Positions 29,084 through 40,300 of a stretch of 64,000 bases of DNA are shown here, piece by piece. Origin of the DNA: an uncultured delta proteobacterium. GTDB lineage: Bacteria; Desulfobacterota; Binatia; Binatales; Binataceae. Location of the stretch: the NCBI GenBank assembly GCA_963794325.1, contig CAWCDG010000004.1, positions 1,696,001 to 1,760,000 on the forward strand, given 5' to 3'. The position numbers and the translations under genes were made by a program. A model generated the notes under the pieces. It saw only the letters and a list, made by a program, of their open reading frames with translations, did no database searches and had not been told where the DNA came from. The first letter of the stretch is position 1; each line of letters begins with the position of its first letter.

Positions 29084-29584
29084 ATGCTGCGTGTCGGCCG
29101 CATAAGCGGCGCCCATGGCCTCAAGGGTGCGCTGAGATTTCGGCCCGACAATCCCGATTCCGACATATTGCAACAGGTTAAGCGGATTTTCCTGGAGCGT
29201 TCGGGGGAATCACGCGAGTTCCACGTGACCGGAGTGGCGCCGCTCAACGCGACGACCGATCGAATCACGCTCGAGGGCGTCGCGGACATCGACGCGGCCG
29301 AATCGCTCAAGGGCGCGGTCGTGATGCTCGCGACAGAGGACGTCCCGCCTGCCAAGCCGGGCGAGTTCTACTATTACGAAGCGATCGGATGCGAGGTTTT
29401 TCTCACCGACGGCAGCCGCCTCGGTGCGATCGAAGAAGTTTTCTCCAACGGCGCGCAGGACATCTGGATTGTCCGGGACGGCGAGCGCGAGGTGCTGATT
29501 CCGGTTATTGAAAATGTCGTGAAGTCGATGGATCTTCCGGGACGTCGCGTCACCATCGATCCGATTCCCGGCCTGCTCGACTGA
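29084..29584 (+). CDS. rimM: 16S rRNA processing protein RimM
   Basis: VGRI.GAHGLKG, EFYY, VLIP; synteny. Confidence 0.95.
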   Translation: MLRVGRISGAHGLKGALRFRPDNPDSDILQQVKRIFLERSGESREFHVTGVAPLNATTDRITLEGVADIDAAESLKGAVVMLATEDVPPAKPGEFYYYEAIGCEVFLTDGSRLGAIEEVFSNGAQDIWIVRDGEREVLIPVIENVVKSMDLPGRRVTIDPIPGLLD

Positions 29585-29619
29585 CCATCCGGCAGCCGGA
29601 TAGATTTAGACTCGCATCG

Positions 29620-30306
29620 ATGGAGTTTCACGTAATCACATTGTTCCCCGAAATGTTCGAGTCGCCGTTTCGCGGCGGCATGATCGGACGCGCGGTCGAG
29701 AATGGACTGATCGCGATCAAGGCGCATCCGTTGCGCGAGCACGGTCTCGGCAACTACCGGCAAGTCGACGACGCTCCGTACGGCGGCGGCAGCGGGATGG
29801 TGATGCGGCCGGAGCCAATCGGAGCTGCGATCGACGCAGTCAACGCACAGCATCCCGGTCTTTGGCGCATCCTGATGACGCCTCAGGGCGAAGTGTTCGA
29901 CAACTCGATGGCGCGCGACCTCGCCAAGCGCGCACCCGGCCTGATGATCGTCGCGGGCCGCTACGAAGGAATCGACGAGCGCGTGCGCTCGCTGGTCGAT
30001 CAGGAAATCTCTATCGGCGACTACGTGCTGAGCGGCGGTGAGATCCCCGCGATGGCGGTGATCGAGGCGGTGGGCAGGATGATACCCGGCGTGCTCGGCA
30101 ATCCCGAATCGCTCGACGAGGAATCGTTCGCCGCCGGGATGCTCGAATATCCGCAATACACCCGGCCCGAGGAGTTCCGCGGCATGACGGTGCCCAACAT
30201 TCTGCTCAGCGGCGACCACGCCAAAATTCGCGCATGGCGCGAGGCCGAAGCAAAAAAGCGCACGGCGCGCCGGCGTCCCGATCTGATCGAACGCCGCAAA
30301 TTCTGA
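29620..30306 (+). CDS. trmD: tRNA (guanine37-N1)-methyltransferase
   Basis: VDDAPYGGGSGM, GRYEGIDER, SIGDYVLSGGE. Confidence 0.98.
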   Translation: MEFHVITLFPEMFESPFRGGMIGRAVENGLIAIKAHPLREHGLGNYRQVDDAPYGGGSGMVMRPEPIGAAIDAVNAQHPGLWRILMTPQGEVFDNSMARDLAKRAPGLMIVAGRYEGIDERVRSLVDQEISIGDYVLSGGEIPAMAVIEAVGRMIPGVLGNPESLDEESFAAGMLEYPQYTRPEEFRGMTVPNILLSGDHAKIRAWREAEAKKRTARRRPDLIERRKF

Positions 30307-30308
30307 AA

Positions 30309-30866
30309 GTGTCCGACCTTTTTGTAGCGCTGATTCATCATCCGGTCGTCAATCGCAACGGAGAAACCGTAACCTCGGCAATCACCAGCCTCGACATCCA
30401 CGATATCGCGCGCGCGTCGCGAACCTACGACGTGCGCGGAGTGTTCATCGTCCATCCGATTCCCGAGCAGCGGAAATTCGCGGCGAGCATAATCGATCAT
30501 TGGCGCTTCGACTTCGGCCGCGCCCACGATTCACGCCGTCGCGAAGCGCTCGAACGGGTGCAGATCGTCGTCGAACTCGACGACGCAATCGCTGAGGCAT
30601 CGCGAATCTCGGGCATCCGCCCGTTAATCGTACACACCTCCGCCCGCACCGAAGGCGGCACCAGCTATACAGATCTGCGCGCGCGCCTCGAAGCACCGGA
30701 CGCCCCACCAATGATGATCCTGCTAGGCACCGGTTTCGGCATGTCCCCCGAAGTCGCCGAGCGCGCCGACATCATACTCGCGCCAATAATCGGCCCCACC
30801 GACTACAACCACCTGTCAGTCCGCTCCGCCGCCGGAATTATTTTAGATCGCCTCCGCGGCAAGTAA
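30309..30866 (+). CDS. SPOUT-class RNA methyltransferase (trmD-associated)
   Basis: LIHHPV, LDIHDIAR...TY, GTGFG, YNHLSVRSA..I.LDRL. Confidence 0.88.
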   Translation: MSDLFVALIHHPVVNRNGETVTSAITSLDIHDIARASRTYDVRGVFIVHPIPEQRKFAASIIDHWRFDFGRAHDSRRREALERVQIVVELDDAIAEASRISGIRPLIVHTSARTEGGTSYTDLRARLEAPDAPPMMILLGTGFGMSPEVAERADIILAPIIGPTDYNHLSVRSAAGIILDRLRGK

Positions 30867-30924
30867 CCTCAGCGCCGATCACGAGAACTGTGCGCGCAAA
30901 GCGCCGGCCGCAGTAGCGTCCATC

Positions 30925-31014
30925 GAGGTTCTTCGCTACAGCAGCTTTCGCTCAGAATGACACCTAAAGGCGGCTCGCTTTTTTGTGTCATCCTGAGCGC
31001 AGCGAAGGATCTCG
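30925..31014. repeat. GTCAT-type REP doublet
   Basis: CTTCGC..CGCTCAGAATGACA plus the inverted TGTCATCCTGAGCGCAGCGAAGGATCTC; same family as 22285-22398. Confidence 0.85.
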
Positions 31015-31061
31015 CGCTTCCGGCGCGTACCGCCTCACCACCAAGGCCCACACTTGGAAGA

Positions 31062-31616
31062 CTAGTGGTCAAGGAGGACGAGCGCCCGCAACTTCTCCAC
31101 GAAGCGCCGCATATGCGGATCGGACCGCTCGAACGGGATCTCGTCGAATCCAAACCATCGCACGTCATGAAACTCGCCACGATCGAATTCAATCGCTCGA
31201 GAGCTGTCGCCTCGCAGCAAATACCAAAGCGACACGTCGGTATGCCCTCCGTCTTTGCCGACCGTCCGCGTCACTGTGATGAACATGGGTTCCGGCCGTA
31301 TGAACTCCGCCGCGAGGTTCAGTTCCTCCGACAACTCCCTGACCACGGTTGCGGTCGGATCTTCGTCCGGCTCGACATGACCTCCGCTAGGCAGCCACAA
31401 CCCAGCCAGCTTGTGATCGACCAGCAGCACCTTTCCGCGCTGCTCATCGACGAGGGCGAAATAACTCACCAGATGCATGGGCGGAACATCTGGTTTCTTA
31501 GTCCTGAAGATGGGCGCACCCGAACGAATCCATTCGATCGTCGAGTCGCGATGCGCCCGCTCGAGGTCGTCAAGAGGTTCAATAGCGGCGACTATTTCGG
31601 TGATCCTGGCGCGCAT
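31062..31616 (-). CDS. NUDIX hydrolase
   Basis: HLVSYF, WLPSGGHVEPDEDP..TV.RELSEEL; start uncertain. Confidence 0.85.
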   Translation of the reverse strand: MRARITEIVAAIEPLDDLERAHRDSTIEWIRSGAPIFRTKKPDVPPMHLVSYFALVDEQRGKVLLVDHKLAGLWLPSGGHVEPDEDPTATVVRELSEELNLAAEFIRPEPMFITVTRTVGKDGGHTDVSLWYLLRGDSSRAIEFDRGEFHDVRWFGFDEIPFERSDPHMRRFVEKLRALVLLDH

Positions 31617-31724
31617 TTGGTCCACAGCCTGCGAGGATACCGTCCGTGAAATCTGCGAACCACCCATTGAGTGGGCTCGCGCATTTGGATAAATTTACTG
31701 GCTCGACTCGAGGTCTTTTCTCCC

Positions 31725-32069
31725 ATGAATACCGTTATCCAGAAGCTCGAAGAGCGGGGCCTGCGCAAGGACCTGCCTGAATTTCGCGTCGGCGACTCGG
31801 TTCGCGTTCACGTCAAGGTCGTCGAAGGCGAGAAAGAGCGCATCCAGTCCTTCGAAGGCATCGTGATCAAAATGAACCGCGGCGCCAATCGCGCCACCTT
31901 CACCGTGCGCAAGGTTTCGTACGGCGTCGGCGTTGAGCGAATCTTCCCGATGCATTCGCCGCGAATCGACAAGCTGCAAGTGCTGACGCGAAACCGCGTG
32001 CGCCGCGCCCGTCTCTACTATCTGCGCGGACTGTCCGGCAAAGCGGCAAGGCTCGACACCGCGACCTGA
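31725..32069 (+). CDS. rplS: 50S ribosomal protein L19
   Basis: [34 protein letters not shown]. Confidence 0.98.
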   Translation: MNTVIQKLEERGLRKDLPEFRVGDSVRVHVKVVEGEKERIQSFEGIVIKMNRGANRATFTVRKVSYGVGVERIFPMHSPRIDKLQVLTRNRVRRARLYYLRGLSGKAARLDTAT

Positions 32070-32088
32070 GCGTCAAGCGCGTCCTCGT

Positions 32089-32490
32089 TCATCGGTTGTT
32101 GGAGGCTGCGGTCTGCTCGACGCGAATTCCGGTCATGCGAACGTCGCCTTCCAGGTAGGCGCCTTCGGATATCGCCAGGTTGCGTGTCTCGATATTTCCG
32201 AAAACTTTGGCGCGCGGCCCGAGCACCACGCGATCGCATCCGACCAGGTCTCCGCGCAACTCGCCCATTATCAGTAGTCGCGGCGCGAAGACTTTGCCCT
32301 CGATCATTCCTTCTTCGCCGACCACCACCAGATCGACCGAGCGGACCTCGCCGCGGAACCGTCCCTCGATTCTCACCGGCTCGTGAAAGATCAGTTTGCC
32401 CGAGACGTTGACGTTGCGGCCGACTGCGACGCGGGTGCGCGCCTCGGCCCACGCCGCGCCTGCGTCCTGCGGTATCTGTGTTGATTCCAT
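32089..32490 (-). CDS. Bactofilin (polymer-forming cytoskeletal protein)
   Basis: Beta-helix repeats: IEGRF.G, VVGEEG.IEG, I.EGA.LEG. Confidence 0.85.
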   Translation of the reverse strand: MESTQIPQDAGAAWAEARTRVAVGRNVNVSGKLIFHEPVRIEGRFRGEVRSVDLVVVGEEGMIEGKVFAPRLLIMGELRGDLVGCDRVVLGPRAKVFGNIETRNLAISEGAYLEGDVRMTGIRVEQTAASNNR

Positions 32491-32494
32491 GAAA

Positions 32495-33520
32495 CTACGG
32501 GGCCGGGAATACGTGGCACGACACGGCGTGTCCACCGCGCCCGGTTTCTAATTTCGGTTCGACGTTTGTACAAACATCTTTCGCATAAGGGCATCTTGGA
32601 TGGAAGGCACAGCCGGTCGGCGGGTTCATCGGGCTCGGCATCTCACCGGGCAGCTTGATGCGATCGGGCTTGTGCGCGGTGTCGATGGTCGGAATCGCTG
32701 AGAGCAGCGCGCGCGTGTAGGGATGCCGCGGGTTCAGATAGATCTCGTCGCGCGATGCGATCTCGACAATCTTGCCGAGGTACATGATCGCGACGCGATT
32801 GCTGATGTGCTCGACCACGCGCAAGTCGTGCGCGATGAACAGGTACGTCAGCTTCAGCTTGTCCTGCAGGTCCTGCAGCAGGTTGATTATCTGCGCCTGG
32901 ATCGAGACGTCGAGCGCCGAGACCGGCTCGTCGAGCACCAGGAAGCGCGGGTTCACCGCGAGCGCCCGCGCGATTCCGATTCGCTGACGCTGCCCGCCGG
33001 AAAATTCGTGCGGCAGTCGATCCATCGCGTCGGCGCTCATCCCGACCATCGCGAGCAGCTCGGCGATTCGCCGCTCCTTTTCCACTCCGCGCGCGAGTTT
33101 GTGAATCTCGATTCCCTCGCCGACGATCGACCGCACCCGCATCCGCGGATTCAACGACGCGTACGGATCCTGGAACACCAGCTGCATCTGCTGGCGCAGC
33201 GTGCGAAGTTCCGCGCGGCCCAGCGTCGAGAGATCGCGGCCGTCGAAATAGACTTTGCCTTCGGTCGGCTCGAGCAGTTTCAGAATCAGTCGCCCCAGCG
33301 TCGATTTGCCCGAGCCCGATTCTCCGACCAATCCCAACGTTTCGCCCGGCTGGATCTCCAGGTTGACGCCCGCGACTGCTTTCACCGAAAGCTTTTTCCC
33401 GCCGATGATGCTCGTCGATCCCGCCGGAAACTCCTTGCTGAGATTCACGACGCGAACCAGCGGCGCGGTGGACGCGCTCGCGACAGGCGCGATCGGGTTA
33501 GGCGCGGATGCAGGCGACAT
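32495..33520 (-). CDS. oppF: Oligopeptide ABC transporter ATPase
   Basis: [35 protein letters not shown]. Confidence 0.92.
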   Translation of the reverse strand: MSPASAPNPIAPVASASTAPLVRVVNLSKEFPAGSTSIIGGKKLSVKAVAGVNLEIQPGETLGLVGESGSGKSTLGRLILKLLEPTEGKVYFDGRDLSTLGRAELRTLRQQMQLVFQDPYASLNPRMRVRSIVGEGIEIHKLARGVEKERRIAELLAMVGMSADAMDRLPHEFSGGQRQRIGIARALAVNPRFLVLDEPVSALDVSIQAQIINLLQDLQDKLKLTYLFIAHDLRVVEHISNRVAIMYLGKIVEIASRDEIYLNPRHPYTRALLSAIPTIDTAHKPDRIKLPGEMPSPMNPPTGCAFHPRCPYAKDVCTNVEPKLETGRGGHAVSCHVFPAP

Positions 33521-34460
33521 AGTGATTGGGGGCCTTTTGTTCGAGCGGTGGATCGGCTTCGGAGCATTTGGGGATTGCGCGCGGGCATCGCGGATGGAAT
33601 CGGCAGCCTGACGGCGGACGCAACGAGCTCGGAATCGAGCCGGGGATCGCCTGCAAGCGATGGTGTCGAGTGCCGTCGATGCCCGGAATCGATCCGAGCA
33701 AACCGAGCGTGTACGGGTTGAGCGGATTTTGAAACAGATCGGCAGTCGGCGCCTGCTCCATCACGCGCGCCGCGTAGAGAATCGTCACGTCGTCGGCATA
33801 CTCGGCGACGATTCCGAGATCGTGGGTGACGAGTATCACGGCGAGGCCGAGCCGGACCTGCAGTTCGCGGATCAGGTCGAGAATCTGCGCCTGGATGGTG
33901 ACGTCGAGCGCGGTGGTCGGCTCGTCGGCAATCAGCAGGCGCGGATTGCACGACAGCGCCATCGCGATCATCACGCGCTGACGCATCCCGCCGGACAACT
34001 GATGCGGGTAGTCGTCGATGCGATGCTCGGGGTCGGCAATCCCGACCATCCGGAGCGCCTCGATCGTGCGATTACGGGTCTCGGCGCGATTGGTGTGCTG
34101 ATGCAGCCGGACCGCCTCGCCAATCTGGCTGCCGATGGTGAAGACGGGATTCAGCGAGGTCATCGGCTCCTGGAAGATCATTGCGATGCGCGCGCCGCGA
34201 ACGTGGCGCATCTCGGGCTCGCTCAGCTTCAGCAGATCCTGATCCTCGAAAATCACTTCGCCGCCGACGATGCGCGCCGACTCCGGCAGCAGCCGCATGA
34301 TCGAGAGCATCGACGCCGACTTGCCCGAGCCCGACTCGCCAACGATTCCCAGCAGCTTCCCCGGCTCGACCGAAAAACTAACGCCGTCGACCGCGCGCAC
34401 CTCTCCCGCGTCGGTAAAAAACGAAGTGCGCAGCGATTTAACTTCGAGCAGAGGCTTCAC
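33498..34460 (-). CDS. oppD: Oligopeptide ABC transporter ATPase
   Basis: [34 protein letters not shown]. Confidence 0.92.
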   Translation of the reverse strand: MKPLLEVKSLRTSFFTDAGEVRAVDGVSFSVEPGKLLGIVGESGSGKSASMLSIMRLLPESARIVGGEVIFEDQDLLKLSEPEMRHVRGARIAMIFQEPMTSLNPVFTIGSQIGEAVRLHQHTNRAETRNRTIEALRMVGIADPEHRIDDYPHQLSGGMRQRVMIAMALSCNPRLLIADEPTTALDVTIQAQILDLIRELQVRLGLAVILVTHDLGIVAEYADDVTILYAARVMEQAPTADLFQNPLNPYTLGLLGSIPGIDGTRHHRLQAIPGSIPSSLRPPSGCRFHPRCPRAIPKCSEADPPLEQKAPNHYVACIRA

Positions 34461-34491
34461 GTGAGGTTCAGCGTATCATCGCCGCGCCGCA

Positions 34492-34560
34492 GCCATCCAG
34501 ACGGATGCGACGTGGGGGAGTGGGGAAGGGGAAATCACTTTATCAAATGTGAAACCCGCG
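34492..34560 (+). repeat. 69-bp direct repeat, left copy
   Basis: Identical to 40533-40601 (GCCATCCAGACGG...GTGAAACCCGCG). Confidence 0.93.
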
Positions 34561-34771
34561 TACCGACGCGCGTCCGGTTCCCCTTCCCGCTCGGGAAGGG
34601 GTCAGGGGTTAGGTTCTTCGGCAGGGGTGACCCCTGCACCCAGTGATAAAGTGAAAAGTGAAAAGTGAGAAGCGCGAAATGTTGAGGACAACCGCTTCTG
34701 TTCCCCTTTCCCGCAGGAAAGGGGGAACAGAAGCCACACGGTCGCGACCGAGTAAAATCCGCTGGCGATAA

Positions 34772-36037
34772 CTATTGAACCTGGTGGACGATAGAGCTCA
34801 CGAGGAAAATTGCGAGCGTGTTGGAACCGAATTCCGTCAGATAGAGCAATCGGTGGTCGGGCGATTCGGCCCATTGGCGCGGGAACACACCCGCATCGAA
34901 AGTGCCCACCGTCGCCGCGGCGCCGCCGCTTTTCAGCGCCGTTTCGAAATCGAGAATGCTGACCGTGCCGCCGGCCCCGACACACATATCGAATCGGTTC
35001 GTATTCGCCACCGCCATCAAACGCTTACTGAAAAAAGGCTGAGCGCCATCGGGTTCGATTCCTACCGGCGTGGTCGACAAGAGCGCATTGGTGGGATCGC
35101 TGATGAACTTGCTGGTGTCGAAAGCGAGCAGACTGTCAGAGTCACGCGCGGAAACCCATGCTACCGTATCGTTGTTCGTCAGAATGACCCGCGTCGGGGA
35201 GCATCCGGCCGGAATAGTCGCCATTACCTTGCCACTGTGGATATCCACCACCGACAATGTCCCGGGGGGACCGGGATTCATGACCGGGAGACAGCCGTCA
35301 CTGGCAATCTCGCAAGAGTTCTCGCCCGATAGCGCTTTCTCATTGGTGACGTAGAGACTACGGCCGTTGGCGGAGACCGCGAGTCCGACCGGCGCGCGGT
35401 CAACCAGGATTGTGCCGACGATCGGTTTTGGGCCCTTGCCGGAGGCGAAGGCGAGCGCCTGCTTGAAATCGATCGCACTGACGGTATCGGGATCGCTATC
35501 CTTCTTGCCGGCAAACTCATTGGCTACGAAGATAATTCCGTTTTCGCCGGTTCTCTTGTCGACCGAAATTGCCACCTCGATCGCACTGGAATCGGTATGT
35601 ATCGTTCCCATCGCGGCCTTGGAATCGTCGGCAATCGCCTTTCGCACATCGATAAACTGCACTCCGTCGGAAGTTCCGCCGGAAGGACACGATTTGCCTT
35701 GCTGGACCGTAACCAGCAGATAGCGCCCACCCTTGCTCATCGCCATGCCATGGGCAGAGCCGCAAGTCGAGATGATGCCTTTGATGGTCGCGGAATTTTT
35801 CCTCTGCCGGATTACCTCGACGCCGCCGGTGGTTGTCGTAATGACCATCGAGACAAAGACGTAGCGCCCATCTGCGGTTGTGACCGCCGCGAATGGAGAG
35901 CCCGGCAAGGGAATTTGCTGCTGGACCGGATTGATAGTTTGAGCGGACGAAGGATCCGAAATGCCTGGAATCGCCGCGCACAAAATGATGGCGCTCAATA
36001 CCACGCGGGACCACTTGAATTTATTTGATGATGACAT
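34772..36037 (-). CDS. Secreted YncE/YVTN-like beta-propeller protein
   Basis: Signal peptide; repeated P.G.A.S.DG..LYV and 'TIP.G..P' blades. Confidence 0.8.
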   Translation of the reverse strand: MSSSNKFKWSRVVLSAIILCAAIPGISDPSSAQTINPVQQQIPLPGSPFAAVTTADGRYVFVSMVITTTTGGVEVIRQRKNSATIKGIISTCGSAHGMAMSKGGRYLLVTVQQGKSCPSGGTSDGVQFIDVRKAIADDSKAAMGTIHTDSSAIEVAISVDKRTGENGIIFVANEFAGKKDSDPDTVSAIDFKQALAFASGKGPKPIVGTILVDRAPVGLAVSANGRSLYVTNEKALSGENSCEIASDGCLPVMNPGPPGTLSVVDIHSGKVMATIPAGCSPTRVILTNNDTVAWVSARDSDSLLAFDTSKFISDPTNALLSTTPVGIEPDGAQPFFSKRLMAVANTNRFDMCVGAGGTVSILDFETALKSGGAAATVGTFDAGVFPRQWAESPDHRLLYLTEFGSNTLAIFLVSSIVHQVQ

Positions 36038-36115
36038 TCCCTCTTTGCGGCGAATTTTCGTTTCTGAGATTCGATCCTGCGATATGTAGCCGTTGGGGCA
36101 GTTGCGGCGGTCCCT

Positions 36116-36253
36116 CTACGGCAGGCAGACCGTCGCGGGCGGAGTTTGCTGGAGGCAGGCGACTATCGGCGTCAGGCCCGGAGCCGCCACTCCGACCAGT
36201 TCGGTTACGTTGGCGCCCTCGGAGTTCGGCACCCAGACGTTGCCCGAGCCAGC
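36116..36253 (-). pseudogene. C-terminal remnant of an NHL-repeat-like secreted protein
   Basis: Reads AGSGNVWVPNSEGANVTELVGVAAPGLTPIVACLQQTPPATVCLP* with no 5' part. Confidence 0.6.
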
Positions 36254-36266
36254 AGGTCGCGGGCCG

Positions 36267-37037
36267 TTAATTCTTGGCGGTCGGCCCCTGCTTTAGCAAC
36301 TCCTGGATCTTGGCGTCGAATTGCTGGTAAGGCATCGCACCGACGATGCGGACCCCGTTGAGGTTGCCATTCTGTACGTGCCCCAAGACGAACGAAGGGG
36401 TTCCCGTAATGCCCGCAGCTGTCCCTTCGGCGATGTCTTTGTCGATCACTGCCTTGTACTTGTCCGAATCGACACAGGCCTTGAACTTGGTGACATCGAG
36501 CGACGACTTCCCGGCGTCATCGAGTATTTTGTCGGCTTGTAGCTGGCCCGAATTGGCGAATATCGTCTGGCGCATTTCCCAATATTTTCCCTGCTCGGCG
36601 GCACACCGACCGGCAACCGCGGCGCGCCGCGCATTCTCGTGGAATTCGAGCGGGAAGTCGCGGCTCACGAATCGGAGCTTGCCGGTGTCGATGTAGTTGG
36701 TCTTGATCTGCGCGAACGCGCCGCTCTGAAAGCGCTGGCAGAACGGGCACTGGTAGTCGGTGTATTCGACCAGGACCAGCGGCGCGTTATCGCTGCCGAC
36801 CGATAATCCGCCAGCGGGAAATGCATAGCTCACTTTGCTGTCTACGGGGCCACCCGGCGCGGGCGCGGTCGGCACCAAGGGGCGCTGCTCGAGGTCTTTG
36901 CGAATCGCCTTGAGCTCCTCGATTATTTGCTGCGCCTGCTCCGACGTAATGCTGTCAGCGGCCGCAGGTAGCGCACAAAAAAACAGCGCCACTACCGCAG
37001 CGAGTCCAATTACGCGTCGCCAGGTCTCGTTCATCAT
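36267..37037 (-). CDS. Periplasmic DsbA/thioredoxin-fold oxidoreductase
   Basis: Signal peptide; EYTDYQCPFC, RDFPL..H, GITGTPSF. Confidence 0.92.
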   Translation of the reverse strand: MMNETWRRVIGLAAVVALFFCALPAAADSITSEQAQQIIEELKAIRKDLEQRPLVPTAPAPGGPVDSKVSYAFPAGGLSVGSDNAPLVLVEYTDYQCPFCQRFQSGAFAQIKTNYIDTGKLRFVSRDFPLEFHENARRAAVAGRCAAEQGKYWEMRQTIFANSGQLQADKILDDAGKSSLDVTKFKACVDSDKYKAVIDKDIAEGTAAGITGTPSFVLGHVQNGNLNGVRIVGAMPYQQFDAKIQELLKQGPTAKN

Positions 37038-37374
37038 TGTCCATCCGTTTTGGTTGGTGATTCACTCCGCCGCTCCTCGCGAACCGGCGGAGCCGCCGGG
37101 TGACATACACATTTAAGGCGCGGCCTGACCCACCATTACTCCACCTTACACATAGCGACGGGTCGCTGCACTCACGATTGGGAGATAACAGTATTTTGTT
37201 TGTCATAACAGCACCCTTTTGCTAAAGCAACTGTCGAAACCTCAAGACGTAGGAATCGAGTCCTAAAACGTCTGCGGCTCGCGCGGGAAGCACGACGGCT
37301 TCGCCTCCCCCAAACGCACCAGCCCTCACCTCATCACCTGCAGCAAGTGAGGTAGTGCCTTTTCGGAGGGAGCT

Positions 37375-40300
37375 ATGACTCGCATCGGAATCGTCGTGAC
37401 TCGCTTGTTCGCGTTCACCTGCCTATTCTTCGCCGCGCTGTTGCTCATCACCGCTTGCACGGCGCTCGCAGAAAGCGACTGCAAGCCCGCGGCTCCGCTG
37501 CCGCAATCGAAGTGCAACAAGGATGCGCAATGTTGCACGGGCCTGGTTTGCGGGCCGGCTGGCAGTTCTCAAAATAATGCGACGACCCAATGCCAGCCAG
37601 GCTGCCGCATCGACGGCGTGTTCTATGCGAGCGGCGCCGTCAACGCCACACAGTGCCAGAGCTGCCAGCCCGCAGTGAGCACGAAGGCATGGAGTGATCT
37701 GGGCAACGGCACGAGCTGTAACGACCACAACGCCTGTACCCAGACCGACACATGCCAAGCTGGAGCGTGCGTCGGCAGCAAACCAATCGTCTGCACCGCC
37801 TCCGACCAGTGCCACACCGCCGGGACGTGTAATCCCAGTACGGGCGTGTGCTCGAACCCCGACAAGACCAACGGCACGACCTGTAACGACGGCAACGCCT
37901 GCACCCAGACCGACACCTGCCAGAGCGGCACGTGCGCAGGCAGCAACCCGGTCGTCTGCACCGCCTCCGACCAGTGCCACGTCGCGGGAACCTGTAACTC
38001 CAGCACGGGGGTGTGCTCGAACCCCAACAAGACCGACGGCACCGCTTGCAACGACAACAACGCCTGCACGAGCAACGACGTGTGCACCGGCGGCAGCTGC
38101 GCCGGTACCGCCGTCACCTGTACGGCATCTGACCAGTGCCACGGCGCGGGCACGTGCAATCCGCAGACCGGGTGCTCGAACCCGCCGCTAGCCAACGGCA
38201 CAGCATGCAACGACGGCAACGCCTGCACGAGCAACGACGTCTGCACCGGCGGCAGCTGCGCCGGCGCCGCCGTCACCTGTACGGCATCTGACCAGTGCCA
38301 CGGCGCGGGCACGTGCAATCCGCAGACCGGGTGCTCGAACCCGCCGCTAGCCAACGGCACGGCATGCAACGACAACAACGCCTGCACGAGCAACGACGTG
38401 TGCACCGGCGGCAGCTGCGCCGGCACCGCCGTCACCTGTACGGCGTCTGACCAGTGCCACACGGCCGGGACGTGTGACCCCAGCACCGGCGCGTGCTCGA
38501 ACCCAGTGGCGGCCAGCGGCACGACCTGCGTCAACGCCAACGATTGCGTTTCGGGCACCGCCACCTGCAACGGATCGGGACAGTGTATCGGGGGCACCAA
38601 TGTCGCAAACGGCACTTCCTGCAATGGCGGTAACCTTTGTTTGACAGGCGGAAAGTGCTCGACGGGAACGTGCAGCGGCGGCACCCCTACGATTTGCTCC
38701 GGTCAAGACGCATGCCACACGGCTGCCACTTGTAATCCAGCTGATGGAACCTGTGCTGCCGCCACCCCGATAGCAGATGGCCAGACCTGCAATAGCGTCG
38801 CTTGTCAGGTAGGCGGAACATGCACGGCCGGTGCGTGCAGCGGCGATAAGGCGGCGGCAGGGGGCAAGAAGGTCCTTTGTCGCCCGGCTGCAGTTGGGGC
38901 AGACGGCACGACCTGTGATGTTCCTGAATATTGCGATGGTACGAATGTAACCTGTCCGGCAGATGGTTACGTACCTGCGGGCACGCTTTGCCGAGCCATT
39001 GGGACTAATCCATCTTTTTCTACATACAATCTTTGTGACCAGGCAGAATATTGTACCGGGACGTCGAACGCTTGCCCGGCCGATACCGGCCTCGCGCTTG
39101 GTGTAGCGTGCGGAGGCGTGGGCTGCACTTCGACGGGATTTTGCCAAGGACGTTGCGGTGGAGTTAACGGGATTGGTACCATTGCATGCAGCAGCGATAA
39201 TGATTGCATGGGTCAGCCCGCAACCCGAACCCAATGTCTCCCGAGTACATTTGACCACGGCCTGCTGAAATGTAGCGGCGGATTCAGCGAGCCCAACGGC
39301 CATACATGCACCGACAGCAATAGCGACGCTGGGACATGCGCAGATGGTCTTTGCAAAACGAGCTTTTGCAGCTACGACATCATGTGCCCTGATGGATACG
39401 TCTGTGACTCAAACCATGGTTGCGTCCTAGCTACTGCTGGTGGTTTGGGCGTCTCATGCACCGGTGACCCCACCGGCGCCACCGTCTCCGGTACCTGCGG
39501 CTTTGATCCTGAGATCGGTACGAAAGACGACTGCTGCGCCGGGATGCAGGGAACCGGCCAAGGTGCCGCCGCAGGCCCTAACGTGTCTGGGCGCTGCGAG
39601 CAGTGCTGCAATAGCAGTACGTCAGTTAGTAGTGTTGTGAGTTGTGGTACTGACGATGTAACCCAGTGCTGTAACGGCAGATGCGCCGACACCGCCCACG
39701 ACATCGACAACTGCGGCGGCTGTGCATATACCCCCCCCAGCCTCGGCGGCGGCACCAATTGCAATGAACTCCTCAGTGCTTGCTCCCCGAGTGCGACATG
39801 CAACCCGGATAATGGCGGCTGCATTTTGTCGGACGCTTGTGGCAGCACCACGGACGGGGGCCCGAATATTTGCCAAATCCCGACAGTGACGGTTACGAAC
39901 TCCGCTTGTAGCGAATGCTACGCGACGAGCCTCACCGAGGTCGCAGCACTTGGAGTGACTTTTGGCAGGAATTGTAGCACGGATGCTGATTGCCAGGGCG
40001 TTGCTGGGGCGTGCCGATTCTTCACGAGCTTCTGTGATGCAAACAGCGTGTCACCTGGCTTGGGCTGCTCCTCGAGCACTGGTTGCAGGAATGCGACTTT
40101 TAGCCAAGGTGCATGCAATGTCAATTTCACGTGCCTAACCACACTCGGGGTTACAACTTCTATCGCACCTGAGTGCACCACTTCGCCTTACACGTCCTGC
40201 GGGCTGATTTGTGCTACTGGAACTTTAAGCCAGGGGAACATCGGGACCCAATGTAGCGTAGATTCCGATTGCACCAGTGGACCGGACGGGTACCCCGGAG

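Noticed and set aside
37222-37300. c-di-GMP-I riboswitch (GCAA..GAAA..GACG..CCTAAA look-alike)
   Set aside because: Bases flanking GAAA do not pair and GACGCAAAGC is absent; an Infernal search would be needed
37708-38517. Tandem repeats as a CRISPR array
   Set aside because: Units are in-frame coding repeats of 159-165 bp with no unique spacers, and there are no cas genes
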